Below the pieces are notes generated by a model. It was not told where the DNA came from. It made no database searches and worked only from the letters and a program-made list of their open reading frames with translations. Below, in pieces: positions 1 to 10,285 of a DNA stretch of 64,000 nucleotides; within the stretch, counting starts at the first letter, position 1, and every line of letters begins with the position of its first letter. Location: NCBI GenBank assembly GCA_035299065.1, contig DATGXI010000095.1:12299-76298 (forward strand), read 5' to 3'. Origin of the DNA: Flavobacteriales bacterium (GTDB lineage Bacteria > Bacteroidota > Bacteroidia > Flavobacteriales_D > UBA2798). A program made the translations under genes and the position numbers.

Positions 1-2
1 GT

Positions 3-3000
3 GGCACTGATGGAATTGGAGGATTTCCCCTGGTTTACCCGGGCGGTACGTGCAGCGCGGCCATTGGTGATTTTACCATGACCGGTAATGGTGCATCGCA
101 AATTAAAAAGACATTCCTGGTATCAACTGGTGACGCAATTCTTACGCTTAATTATGCTGTTTGCCTTCAGGATGCTGGCCACACACCAAATGAACAACCT
201 TATTTCCGGATGCGTGTTTATGATGCAGCTGGCGCATCCATTAGCTGTGCCGAATACGAAGCCGTTGCTGGTGACGGACAACCCGGATGGGTTGTAACTG
301 GCGGTTGGCAATATAAAGCATGGACAACCGTATTTATTCCACTTGCACCTTATGTAGGACAAAATGTAACCGTAGAGTTTACTGTTGGAGATTGCGCTCA
401 GGGAGGACATGCGGGTTATGCGTATGTTGATGCAAGTTGCGATGCCATGTTATTTGATATGAGCGCAGCAGCCGTATGCTCAGGAACGCCTATTACCATA
501 GATGCGCCTGCAGGTGCATCAAGTTATTTATGGAGTACGGGTGCAACTACACCAAGTATTACTGTTGCTACAGGCGGAACCTATTCAGTAGTGGTTACCC
601 CCATTACCGGAAGTGCCTGTGCTATTACACTTGACACAACTGTTTTTGCAAACCCTAATCCCATTGCAGCGTTTACCGATGATGCACCTCAATGTTCAGG
701 CATACCAATAAACTTTACAGACAATTCTAATCCGAATGGGGGAACACTAGGAACATGGGCCTGGGATTTTGGCGATGGAGCAACTTCCTCTCTTCAAAAT
801 CCCTCACATACCTTTGCAGGTGCAGGAACCTATACAGTCACACTTACCGTTACCACAACTGATGGCTGCTCCCATACAACCACAAGCACAGTTACCATAA
901 ATCCGGGAGGATCACCAACCATAAATCCTGCAGGACCATTTTGCAATACAGCCGCACCCGCAACTATAACCAGTGCAACGCCTGGTGGAACGTGGAGTGC
1001 TACCTGCGGAACATGCATTGATGCAACTACCGGTGTATTTGACCCATCGCTTGCAGCCATTGGAGCCAATACCATAACCTATACGGTAACTGGTGCATGT
1101 GCAGGAACCGACACCGAAGTTTTAAATGTGCAGGAAGTCACCCTTGATAACGTAGTTAGCACTGATGTAGTTTGTTTTGGAGATAATAATGGAACAATTA
1201 CCATAACGGCAACGGGTGCAACACAATTCAGTATTAATGCTGGAGGAAGTTTCCAGGCTGGCGGAAATTTTACCGGCCTTGGTCCGAACACCTACAATAT
1301 TCTTGTTCAAAATGCATTGGGTTGCCAGGCTACAGGAACAGCCACTATACTTGAACCAACGCAGGTAACAGCTGCGGCCGGCTTCCAGGATGAAAGTTGT
1401 TTTGGTGCCTGCGATGGATTTGTAGTGGTTGCTCCAGGTGGAGGAATATCACCTTATACCATAGCATGGACAGGTCCGTTGGGTCCTTTGGGATCTTCGG
1501 CTCTAGTGACCGATGTTTGCGTAGGTGCCTATACCGTTATTGTTACCGACAACAACGGTTGTCCTGCCAACGCAGCAACAAATGTTGGAGGGCCATCTCA
1601 GGTGATTATAACAGCCATTAATACTACACCTGAACAATGTCCGGGCGATTGCCAGGGAAGCATTACCATAACCGCAAGTGGTGGAACAGGCGGGTATACG
1701 TACAGTACTGATGGAGGTACAGCATTTCAACCGGCAAATGCGTTTATAAACGTGTGTACCGGAGCATACAATGTTGTTGTGCAGGATAACACCGGTTGTA
1801 CTGCAACAGGCATCACAAACATTACCGCACCTAATCCAATTGTTGTAACTGCATCGCCCGATGTAACAGTTTGCATTGGACAAAACGCAAGCATAAGCGC
1901 CAACAGCGTTGGTGGAACAGGAGGCATTAATTTTAGCTGGGATAATGGCTTGGGCGCAGGCGCATCACACCTGGTAGATCCACCGGGAACAACCACCTAT
2001 GCAGTAACCGGAACGGATGCTAACGGCTGCACCGATACCGATAGCGTAACTGTTTTTGAAAATCCACCCCTGAATGTAATTGCTTACAGTGATACAAGCG
2101 TTTGTCCAGGTTTTAGCGCAACCCTAACCGCTTTTGCAAGTGGCGGAAACGGTGGGCCGTATACCTATACCTGGAGTAACAATGTTGATGCAAGTGTTTT
2201 GGCCGGCCAAACCATTAGTGTTACGCCCACCACACAAACCATATGGACAGTGGTTGCTGCAGACAATTGCGGCACACCTGTAGCAACTGATGACGTGACT
2301 GTAAGTTTATTTGCATTGCCGGCAGTAACCTATACCGTTGACAACACGCAAGGATGCACACCGGTTGTTGTAAACTTTAACAACACAACAAATCCAGCAT
2401 TAACCGGATCGTGTTTTTGGGATTATGGAAACGGTGCAACAAGTACAAATTGTGCCGATGGATATACCTTTACAACACCGGGCTGTTACACCATCAGTTT
2501 GACTGTTACAACAGTTGATGGATGTATAGTTGATACCAGTATTGTGAACCAAATTTGCGTATGGCCTTACCCCGTAGCTGATTTTAGTTTTGGTCCAATT
2601 CCAGCTGATGTATTTAATACCGAAATTGATTTTACCAACCTTACCATAGGCGGGTCAACATACACCTGGGACTTTGCGGGCCTGGGCGCATCAACCGCAA
2701 TTAATCCTTCGTTTACATTTCCGCCTGACAACGGTGGTGTTTACCCGGTTTGTTTAACTACCGTGAATGAATATGGTTGCATGGACACAGCCTGTCACGA
2801 TGTTGTAATTGGAGGCGAGTTTTTGCTTTACGTGCCAAATGCGTTTACCAGTGATGGTGATGGAGTGAATGATGTTTTTCATCCTGTATTGCAGGGCGAA
2901 GTTGAAAACACGTATGAACTGTTTATTTTCAACCGCTGGGGCACGCTTATATTTTATTCAAACAACAAAGCAATTGGCTGGAACGGGTTACACAATGATA

Positions 3001-3101
3001 TGATGAGCAAGGAAGATGTGTATGTGTGGAAAATACGTGTTAAAAGCTCGCTTGATGGTGAAAATAAGGTTTTTATGGGTCATGTTACCCTCTTGAAATA
3101 A
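3..3101 (+). CDS. T9SS type-B (gliding-motility-associated CTD) surface protein with PKD domains and SprB-like repeats; 5' partial
   Basis: Frame is open from base 3 (GTDGIGGFPLVYPGG...), so the track's ATG at 78 is internal. PKD motifs (WAWDFGDG...SHTFAGAGTYTVTLTV), three Cys-containing SprB-like repeats (CFGDNNGTITITA, CFGACDGFV, CPGDCQGSITITASGG) and a type-B CTD (YVPNAFTSDGDGVND...IFNRWG...WNG...GHVTLLK). Confidence 0.9.
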   Translation, partial: GTDGIGGFPLVYPGGTCSAAIGDFTMTGNGASQIKKTFLVSTGDAILTLNYAVCLQDAGHTPNEQPYFRMRVYDAAGASISCAEYEAVAGDGQPGWVVTGGWQYKAWTTVFIPLAPYVGQNVTVEFTVGDCAQGGHAGYAYVDASCDAMLFDMSAAAVCSGTPITIDAPAGASSYLWSTGATTPSITVATGGTYSVVVTPITGSACAITLDTTVFANPNPIAAFTDDAPQCSGIPINFTDNSNPNGGTLGTWAWDFGDGATSSLQNPSHTFAGAGTYTVTLTVTTTDGCSHTTTSTVTINPGGSPTINPAGPFCNTAAPATITSATPGGTWSATCGTCIDATTGVFDPSLAAIGANTITYTVTGACAGTDTEVLNVQEVTLDNVVSTDVVCFGDNNGTITITATGATQFSINAGGSFQAGGNFTGLGPNTYNILVQNALGCQATGTATILEPTQVTAAAGFQDESCFGACDGFVVVAPGGGISPYTIAWTGPLGPLGSSALVTDVCVGAYTVIVTDNNGCPANAATNVGGPSQVIITAINTTPEQCPGDCQGSITITASGGTGGYTYSTDGGTAFQPANAFINVCTGAYNVVVQDNTGCTATGITNITAPNPIVVTASPDVTVCIGQNASISANSVGGTGGINFSWDNGLGAGASHLVDPPGTTTYAVTGTDANGCTDTDSVTVFENPPLNVIAYSDTSVCPGFSATLTAFASGGNGGPYTYTWSNNVDASVLAGQTISVTPTTQTIWTVVAADNCGTPVATDDVTVSLFALPAVTYTVDNTQGCTPVVVNFNNTTNPALTGSCFWDYGNGATSTNCADGYTFTTPGCYTISLTVTTVDGCIVDTSIVNQICVWPYPVADFSFGPIPADVFNTEIDFTNLTIGGSTYTWDFAGLGASTAINPSFTFPPDNGGVYPVCLTTVNEYGCMDTACHDVVIGGEFLLYVPNAFTSDGDGVNDVFHPVLQGEVENTYELFIFNRWGTLIFYSNNKAIGWNGLHNDMMSKEDVYVWKIRVKSSLDGENKVFMGHVTLLK

Positions 3102-3218
3102 GCCTGGGTATAGTTCACTCATAGCTGGTTTAGCCTTATTTGCCCAATGTGGCAACGTAAGGTTTTATTCCATAAACGGTAGTTTTTACCGACTGTATTT
3201 TCACTACTTTTGGGGCTT

Positions 3219-4286
3219 ATGTTAAGGATTTTTGCGGTTATAGCTACGCTTCTTGTGTTTTCACGATGCTCAACCAAAGTTGAGTTGAACACCGATTGGG
3301 AGGACATTACAATTGTTTACGGTTTACTTGATCAAAATGATGAATATCATTGGGTAAAAATCAATAAAGCATTCTTGGGCGATGGAAGTTATTATGACTA
3401 TGCCCTTATTCGTGACTCTTCAGAATACGATAATCTTACTGCCTATGTGCAGGAATTAAGCAACGGGGTTATTGTTAATACCTACCCGCTTCGCGATACT
3501 GAATTGGTAAACAGGCCAACAACAGGAGTGTTTTTTGCCCCTGAACAAACCGTTTATTATTTCAAAAGCACAACCCTGAATCCTGCCAACACCTATAAAC
3601 TGGTTGCGCATATAAATGAAGGAACAGCACGTGAGAAGGAAGTGACAGCTGAAACGGGCCTTGAGCAGGACTTTAGCATTACCAATTTTACGGCCCTTGC
3701 TTTTGGTACGTATAATATAAGCGATCCTGAGCCAAATGTATACAACCAGCACCATTTAAAATTTGTACCCCCTACTACAAGTGATATGTATGAAATCATG
3801 CTGCGCATTAAGTGGGATGAGTATACCAGCACTGACACCACCCGTGTTTACCATGATTGGGTTGTTGGAAAGTCAACCAGCAATGACATTGTGGATGGAA
3901 TTGTGAATTATGATATTTCAGGTGAGGCGTTTTACAGAACCGTACGACAGGCTGTACTGGCAAACAATAATCCTGCTGTTTACAAACGTGTTTTCAGGGC
4001 AATTGACGTGTCGGTTTATGCAGCCAGCGATGACCTTGCCACCTATATTAGCGTTAATTCTGCCCAAAACGGTTTGGTACAGGAGCGTCCTGAATTTACC
4101 AATGTGGCAAACGGCCTTGGAATATTTGCCAGCCGTGTGCATGAAACCCTTCAAAATAAAACACTGGGTCTGGGGCCAATGCGGCTTTTAGTACATGGAA
4201 GTCATACCTATGACCTGCTTTTTTGCACTGACACAACTTCTACTATTTATACCCTGGCAAGCCCTCCTACAGTGGTTTGCCCTTAG
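3219..4286 (+). CDS. Lipoprotein, DUF4249-like
   Basis: ATG at 3219 gives the signal peptide MLRIFAVIATLLVFSR-C. IVYGLLDQND...VKINKAFLG start and SNV/TNV.NGLGIFAS end resemble DUF4249 proteins. Confidence 0.65.
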   Translation: MLRIFAVIATLLVFSRCSTKVELNTDWEDITIVYGLLDQNDEYHWVKINKAFLGDGSYYDYALIRDSSEYDNLTAYVQELSNGVIVNTYPLRDTELVNRPTTGVFFAPEQTVYYFKSTTLNPANTYKLVAHINEGTAREKEVTAETGLEQDFSITNFTALAFGTYNISDPEPNVYNQHHLKFVPPTTSDMYEIMLRIKWDEYTSTDTTRVYHDWVVGKSTSNDIVDGIVNYDISGEAFYRTVRQAVLANNNPAVYKRVFRAIDVSVYAASDDLATYISVNSAQNGLVQERPEFTNVANGLGIFASRVHETLQNKTLGLGPMRLLVHGSHTYDLLFCTDTTSTIYTLASPPTVVCP

Positions 4287-4340
4287 TTTTGTCATAAACA
4301 CTTAACTTTTCTGCCATTTTTACTGGCTTTTTGCCATTTA

Positions 4341-4362
4341 TGCCAATTGGCACATGTATTGA
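4341..4362 (+). promoter_or_regulatory. sigma54-like -24/-12 element and TGCCAATTGGCA palindrome upstream of dnaK
   Basis: TGGCAC-N5-TTGA at 4348-4362 overlaps a perfect 12-bp palindrome at 4341-4352. Confidence 0.45.
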
Positions 4363-4388
4363 CTTGTTGTCTTTAAAATTATAAGACA

Positions 4389-6305
4389 ATGGGAAAAATA
4401 ATTGGAATAGACTTAGGAACAACCAACTCTTGTGTTGCTGTAATGGAGGGTAACGAGCCGGTTGTGATCGCAAATAGTGAAGGAAAAAGAACAACTCCCT
4501 CAATAGTGGGTTTTATTGACGGTGGCGAACGTAAAATTGGTGATCCTGCAAAACGCCAGGCCATTACCAATCCTACCAATACCGTGTATTCAATAAAACG
4601 TTTCATGGGTAACACGTTTGACGAAGTAACAAAAGAAGTTTCACGCGTACCATACAAAGTGGTAAAAGGCGATAACAATACTCCACGCGTACAAATTTCA
4701 GACAGGAAATACACCCCACAGGAAATTTCAGCCATGGTACTTCAAAAAATGAAGAAAACCGCTGAGGATTTTCTTGGGCATGAAGTTCATGAAGCTGTAA
4801 TTACTGTACCTGCGTATTTCAATGACTCGCAGCGCCAGGCAACCAAAGAAGCCGGTGAAATTGCGGGCTTGAAAGTAAGGCGTATTTTGAACGAACCAAC
4901 AGCAGCTGCACTTGCTTATGGACTTGATAAGAAAAACAAGGACATGAAAATTGTAGTGTTTGACTGTGGTGGTGGAACACATGACGTAAGTGTACTTGAA
5001 TTGGGCGATGGTGTATTTGAAGTAAAATCAACCGATGGTGACACACACCTTGGGGGTGATGACTTTGACCAGGTAATTATTGACTGGTTGGCTGACGAAT
5101 TCAAGAACGAAGAAGGAATTGACCTGCGTAAGGATCCAATTGCTTTACAACGTTTGAAAGACGCAGCCGAAAAAGCAAAAATTGAATTGTCAAGCGGAAG
5201 CACAACAGAAATTAACCTGCCTTATATTACCATGTCAAACAACGTTCCCAAGTTTTTGGTGAAACAATTGACACGAGCAAAATTTGAGCAGTTGGCTGAC
5301 AGCTTAATTCAACGCACCATTGAACCATGCCGCAAAGCATTGGACAATGCAAGCTTGAAAGTAAGCGATATTGATGAAGTTATTTTGGTGGGCGGGTCAA
5401 CCCGTATTCCAGCCATTCAGGAAGCTGTAAAAAAATTCTTTGGAAAAGAACCATCAAAAGGCGTGAATCCTGACGAGGTTGTTGCCGTAGGAGCAGCTAT
5501 ACAGGGTGCGGTACTTACCGGTGAAGTAAAAGATGTGTTATTGCTGGATGTAACTCCACTTTCATTGGGAATTGAAACCATGGGCGGTGTTATGACTAAA
5601 CTGATTGAATCGAATACGACTATTCCAACCAAAAAGTCGGAAACATTTTCAACAGCAAGCGACAATCAACCATCGGTAACCATTCACGTACTGCAGGGTG
5701 AACGACCAATGTCAAAAGACAACCGTTCACTTGGGCAATTCAACCTTGACAACATTCCGCCAGCACCACGTGGTGTACCTAAAATTGAAGTAACATTTGA
5801 CATTGATGCCAATGGTATTTTAAGTGTAAGTGCAAAAGACGTAGCAACCGGAAAAGAGCAAAAAATACGCATTGAGGCAAGCTCAGGTTTAGCCAAAGAA
5901 GAAATTGAGCGCATGAAAAACGAAGCAGCAGCAAATGCTGACAACGACAAGCGTGTAAAAGAAGAAGTTGAAAAATTAAACCAGGCTGACACCTTAATTT
6001 TCCAAACTGAAAAGAACTTAAAAGAGTTTGGCGATAAAATACCAGCTGATAAACGAACACCAATTGATGCAGCCCTGAATGAACTGAAAGCAGCACATGC
6101 GTCAAAAAATATTGCTGCCATTGATGCAGGAATAAATAAACTGAACGAAGTGTTTACCGCGGCATCGCAGGAAATGTACAATGCAGGCCAGCAAGGTGCA
6201 GGAGCTGATGGAGCTAACCCTAATACCAACACAAACAACACGGGTACACAAGATGAAGAAGTAACCGATGTTGATTTTGAAGAGGTGAAAGACAAGAAGG
6301 AGTAA
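4389..6305 (+). CDS. dnaK: Chaperone DnaK (Hsp70)
   Basis: [33 protein letters not shown] and [12 protein letters not shown] signatures; 638 aa. Confidence 0.99.
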   Translation: MGKIIGIDLGTTNSCVAVMEGNEPVVIANSEGKRTTPSIVGFIDGGERKIGDPAKRQAITNPTNTVYSIKRFMGNTFDEVTKEVSRVPYKVVKGDNNTPRVQISDRKYTPQEISAMVLQKMKKTAEDFLGHEVHEAVITVPAYFNDSQRQATKEAGEIAGLKVRRILNEPTAAALAYGLDKKNKDMKIVVFDCGGGTHDVSVLELGDGVFEVKSTDGDTHLGGDDFDQVIIDWLADEFKNEEGIDLRKDPIALQRLKDAAEKAKIELSSGSTTEINLPYITMSNNVPKFLVKQLTRAKFEQLADSLIQRTIEPCRKALDNASLKVSDIDEVILVGGSTRIPAIQEAVKKFFGKEPSKGVNPDEVVAVGAAIQGAVLTGEVKDVLLLDVTPLSLGIETMGGVMTKLIESNTTIPTKKSETFSTASDNQPSVTIHVLQGERPMSKDNRSLGQFNLDNIPPAPRGVPKIEVTFDIDANGILSVSAKDVATGKEQKIRIEASSGLAKEEIERMKNEAAANADNDKRVKEEVEKLNQADTLIFQTEKNLKEFGDKIPADKRTPIDAALNELKAAHASKNIAAIDAGINKLNEVFTAASQEMYNAGQQGAGADGANPNTNTNNTGTQDEEVTDVDFEEVKDKKE

Positions 6306-6485
6306 GTAGCGGCAGTCCTGAAGAAGCAAAGCTTATAAGGATGCTGACAGCGCTATATTGAATCCCGCTCGTCAGCATAGGCAGCAATCGTCAAAACGTT
6401 TCAATCAGGCCATTTTGAATACGCTGGAAAACCACTACTACAAACTAATAAAGTAAATTTAAGGCTTACTAATTATAAAAAAGAG

Positions 6486-6519
6486 AATCCTCAACCAGGA
6501 AATTGGTTGGGGATTTTTT
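6486..6519. terminator. Bidirectional intrinsic terminator between dnaK and the S8 peptidase gene
   Basis: 12-bp stem AATCCTCAACCA/TGGTTGGGGATT with a 6-nt loop, T-run after and A-run before, between convergent genes. Confidence 0.8.
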
Positions 6520-9500
6520 ATTTAACCTTAACGAGCTTAACTGTTTTGCTTTTTTCTCCTTTGCTTATTTCCAAATAATAAATTCCATTCGGGTTGGTGC
6601 TTAAATCAAACATTGTTTTTGTTGATGATGCCTGAAGGTTTTGCATTTGAATTTGACGGCCCAATACATCACGAATAATCAGCAACGTGTTTTCACCTGT
6701 GTTTTCAATGGCAACCGTAAACTCGCCCGTGTTTGGATTTGGAAACACATTGTAATTGCCAATAGATGAAATTTCTTCAACCGAATTTGCTTCCATGACT
6801 TTTACAGCATCAATAGCCAGGTCAGAGGAAGATGAAAAACCTGTGTAACCCCTAAAGCGTATTTTTACTCCCGAACCTGCAAATGCACTTAATGAAGCAA
6901 CTGTTGTTCCCCACTGGTCACCCTGGTCACCCGTTATTACTTTTACATCTTCAACCCACCCGCCATTGTACACATCAACATGCAATGAAGCAATGCTGGC
7001 TCCATACATGTGGTAAGCAAATTCAAGTACCGGATTTAGCGCTGCAGAAAGGTCAATGCAGGGCGATGTCATGTGAGCCACTTTTAATGCGCAGGACGAT
7101 GCCTCAATGTACACGTATTTACCTGTAGTATCGCCCGGTAAAAAATCCTGTGAAGGGCCTGTGTTGTTTGTTGGTGTTGAACCCGCATTTGGGCGCCAGT
7201 CGGTATCATCTTCATCGGTATTCAACATATTTTTCCATCCATTTGCCAGTGGGCATGAAACCGTACTGCAACCTGTTGTTGTTCCACACACCGTGAACGT
7301 TTCAAAATCTTCGCTATACGGGAAAGTAACCGGGTAATAGGAACTTGAGTCAATAAAAATTTGGGTTGTATCGTTATAAATATTTAAATCGCCACCGTAG
7401 TTAACCCATGTTTGAATGATGTAATTTCCCGGGGTTGAAAGGTTGGCCAGTGTTGTAAAATTGTACGTGACTGTATCGCCCGGATAAATCGTGTCGGCAT
7501 ATATTTCATTTACCACAGCACCTGAATTTACCTGGTAGTGAACCGGAACATTTAACAAATCAGTTGTTCCTCCATTCACAATTTCAATACTTACTGTTTC
7601 CATTCCGTATCCGTTACAATTAACCGGCAACGGGCTAACCACTGCGTTTAAACCTGCATCAAGCAATAAATCACATGCCACCAGTACCGGAAATTTTTCA
7701 ATGGCAATGTTGCGTTTTCCAACTGCGTTCAATGGACCACGTGCACGTACCGCAAACCAGGTTGTGTTTATATACGGCATGGCAATTTCAATGGACGTTG
7801 TTGTGGTGTTTGCAATTGAGTCCATATACACATTGCCCAGCATAAATACATCATACGAAGTTGCACCAACAACAGGATTCCAGGTTAATTGCAACGTATC
7901 AGGACATGAATATGCCACGGTTAAACTTGTGGGAATATTGATAATTGAAAAAACCGCATCACTTTGATCGGAAATTGCGCCTCGGGTAACACGTACCAGG
8001 CATTTACCTGAAATTACTGCGGGAACACTCCAGTTAAAGGCGCGGCTTGTTGCCGCTACGGTTGCAATGCTCGTCCATGTTAAACCGCTGTCAATTGAAT
8101 ACTCCAATAAAAATGTGCCAGCGTTTCCATACGCATCCCATCGAATGATTTCAGGTTCGGCCGGGGCAAAATTTTCACCACCCATGGGGCTGGTAAGTGT
8201 AATTTCATCGGTCAAAAATTCATAGGCAATAAAATAATCCTGCGGCCCCTGTGGAATGCTGGTGCCATTGATTTCGATGGTATGCATTCCCGGCAAAGGA
8301 TTTACCAAAACAATTTGTTCATGGTTATTCAACACATCAACTCCATTGGTTGCCGGTGCGTTAAGGTTAGCAACACTGGGCGTAGGATCCAACACATAAG
8401 GAAAGAAGTTTGCCATTGAAGGATCAATTACACGCATATCAATGTCATTTACCAGCACAGTTGCTGCTGCAGGGGTAGCCTCATAATCGTTCCAGTAAAC
8501 CATGATGCGTGCTTCAAGTGTGCCCATGGGAATATTTAATGTATGCGTATTTGTTGTGCCTGTAGTTATACTGCTATTTATATACTGATTTGTTTCGATT
8601 AATTTGGCCGCACGAAGTGCATTGATGCGACCATAACCAAATTTATAATCGGGGCCGGTATTTCCCAAATCATCACATGTATTCATTAAAATACATTTTA
8701 AAAGACCTGATGGCGGATTTGATCCGTTAATTAAATTATATGCCTGGTACAATTGTGCCAGTGTGCCTGCAACACCCGGACACGCCATTGACGTTCCTGT
8801 TTTTGATGCGTAGTCATTGGCGTCAATGGTAGAATATACGCTGGTGCCTTTTGCACAAACCTCAGGTTTCAGGCGCCCATCTTCAACCGGACCACGGCTG
8901 CTTGAGCTGTTCAGGTTATCCATAAAATCAAGGTTGCCCACAGCAATTGAATTTTTGGATGCTTTATGTCCACCTGTAATATTTCCCCAACCTGCTCCTG
9001 CACCATAATCACAATCCTGTGCACCTTCATTACCGGCCGAAAAAACGTGCATGAGCAATGGCATGGTACGTATTTGTTCATCCAGTTCTTCAGATAAACT
9101 GGTGTAGCCCTCATTGCAACCGTCACTATACGAAGTTGATGTTATAACAATGCCGGGACTTATGTAATGGTTGTAAATACTGTCAAAACCCTGGTACTGG
9201 CTTGCTTTGTATACGTAAAGGTTAGCGCCCCAGGCCATGCCGCGCCCGTCAGGATCTTTGTTACCTGCTCCAAAAATGGTTCCTGCGCAATGGTCGCCAT
9301 GGTCTCCTAAATTATAATCAAGGTATTGTTGTGGCAAACGTCCGGTATAATCAATGTGCGGACCAATAACCCCATCATCCTGCAAGGCAACGTTAATGCC
9401 GGCCCCATTGTAATGCCTGCCTGAAATAAAATCATTGGCAATGGCATTTGAGCGGTGCAATGTACGGCCGCTTTTGTTTTCAGGTTGCGGGGGTGCCGCT

Positions 9501-10096
9501 TTAAATTCAACGTATGAAATGAAAGGAATTTTGGCAATAACCTTTATGTCAAAATTTTTTGTGTAGGCGGTTTGAACCGTTATGCGTTTAGCGTGTTTAT
9601 TGTGATACGTGATCCTGTAAATTGAATTTTTAAAAAAGCTGTTTACCACTTCTGCACTACACGATGAATAATACGTAAATGTGTACGCAATACTGTCATT
9701 TACAAAAGCATGTTCGGGAACCATGTTGTCCGCTATTTGTTTACTGATTTTATACAGGGGATTAATTTTACCAACGAAACGAACATTGAACGAAGTTAAC
9801 GCAGAAAGATTAGCCATTGATGAAATACAGGCTGTATACGCTTTGTTGGGAATATAATCAAGCAGTTCAATTCCATGTTGTTTTAATGCAGCGCGTTGCT
9901 CAATTGTTGGGAGTGTATTGAATTGTATAAGGCGAAAATAAACACCACCAAAAAATTCGTCAGGTGATGTTAATGGGATTTCAAGTTGACCATTGGGCTC
10001 AAATTTTTCACCCGAAGCAAATGAAATTTCAAACGACTGTGATTTTGCGTACGTGGAGAAAACCAGTAAGAAAAAAAGAAGACCTGTTTTAAGCAT
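6518..10096 (-). CDS. S8 (subtilisin-like) serine peptidase with Fn3/CARDB-like and MAM domains and a T9SS type-A CTD
   Basis: Catalytic D (VALQDDG), H (DHGDHCAGTI) and S (GTSMACPGVAG). MAM-like segment (DWRP..GSTPT.NTGPS.D...GKYVYIEAS...LEFAYHMYG). CTD VFPNP...G.YYLEI...TVKLVKVK. Likely start ATG 10096 (MLKTGLLFFLLVFSTYAKS signal peptide), not 10168. Confidence 0.92.
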   Translation of the reverse strand: MLKTGLLFFLLVFSTYAKSQSFEISFASGEKFEPNGQLEIPLTSPDEFFGGVYFRLIQFNTLPTIEQRAALKQHGIELLDYIPNKAYTACISSMANLSALTSFNVRFVGKINPLYKISKQIADNMVPEHAFVNDSIAYTFTYYSSCSAEVVNSFFKNSIYRITYHNKHAKRITVQTAYTKNFDIKVIAKIPFISYVEFKAAPPQPENKSGRTLHRSNAIANDFISGRHYNGAGINVALQDDGVIGPHIDYTGRLPQQYLDYNLGDHGDHCAGTIFGAGNKDPDGRGMAWGANLYVYKASQYQGFDSIYNHYISPGIVITSTSYSDGCNEGYTSLSEELDEQIRTMPLLMHVFSAGNEGAQDCDYGAGAGWGNITGGHKASKNSIAVGNLDFMDNLNSSSSRGPVEDGRLKPEVCAKGTSVYSTIDANDYASKTGTSMACPGVAGTLAQLYQAYNLINGSNPPSGLLKCILMNTCDDLGNTGPDYKFGYGRINALRAAKLIETNQYINSSITTGTTNTHTLNIPMGTLEARIMVYWNDYEATPAAATVLVNDIDMRVIDPSMANFFPYVLDPTPSVANLNAPATNGVDVLNNHEQIVLVNPLPGMHTIEINGTSIPQGPQDYFIAYEFLTDEITLTSPMGGENFAPAEPEIIRWDAYGNAGTFLLEYSIDSGLTWTSIATVAATSRAFNWSVPAVISGKCLVRVTRGAISDQSDAVFSIINIPTSLTVAYSCPDTLQLTWNPVVGATSYDVFMLGNVYMDSIANTTTTSIEIAMPYINTTWFAVRARGPLNAVGKRNIAIEKFPVLVACDLLLDAGLNAVVSPLPVNCNGYGMETVSIEIVNGGTTDLLNVPVHYQVNSGAVVNEIYADTIYPGDTVTYNFTTLANLSTPGNYIIQTWVNYGGDLNIYNDTTQIFIDSSSYYPVTFPYSEDFETFTVCGTTTGCSTVSCPLANGWKNMLNTDEDDTDWRPNAGSTPTNNTGPSQDFLPGDTTGKYVYIEASSCALKVAHMTSPCIDLSAALNPVLEFAYHMYGASIASLHVDVYNGGWVEDVKVITGDQGDQWGTTVASLSAFAGSGVKIRFRGYTGFSSSSDLAIDAVKVMEANSVEEISSIGNYNVFPNPNTGEFTVAIENTGENTLLIIRDVLGRQIQMQNLQASSTKTMFDLSTNPNGIYYLEISKGEKSKTVKLVKVK

Positions 10097-10273
10097 AATG
10101 CGTGATTGGAAATAATGCCTTAAGTTAAGGATTTGCAGAACAGGTTGCATCCAACCCTGGTAAAACACTGATTTATACCCGTATTCATGTTCAATAACAA
10201 GTATTTAACACAGTTAAAAGCGCATTTAACATCCTTTGGAATAGTTTTTGAAATCGGGTATGGCAGTATTATA

Positions 10274-10281
10274 TACTTTTG
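10274..10281 (+). promoter_or_regulatory. Bacteroidota -7 promoter element (TAnnTTTG) for lolA
   Basis: TACTTTTG ends 4 nt before the ATG at 10286. Confidence 0.6.
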
Positions 10282-10285
10282 ACAT

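Noticed and set aside
5684-6295. 203-aa antisense ORF over dnaK, and similar shadow ORFs such as 25441-25950, 27413-27880, 45155-45769 and 49010-49459
   Set aside because: They lie wholly or almost wholly on recognisable genes, show the Ser/Phe/Leu-rich composition expected of antisense frames and have no motifs.
6318-6345. CTGAAGA resembling the hammerhead ribozyme core CUGANGA
   Set aside because: The short stem that follows is not followed by GAAA, and stems I and III cannot be formed.
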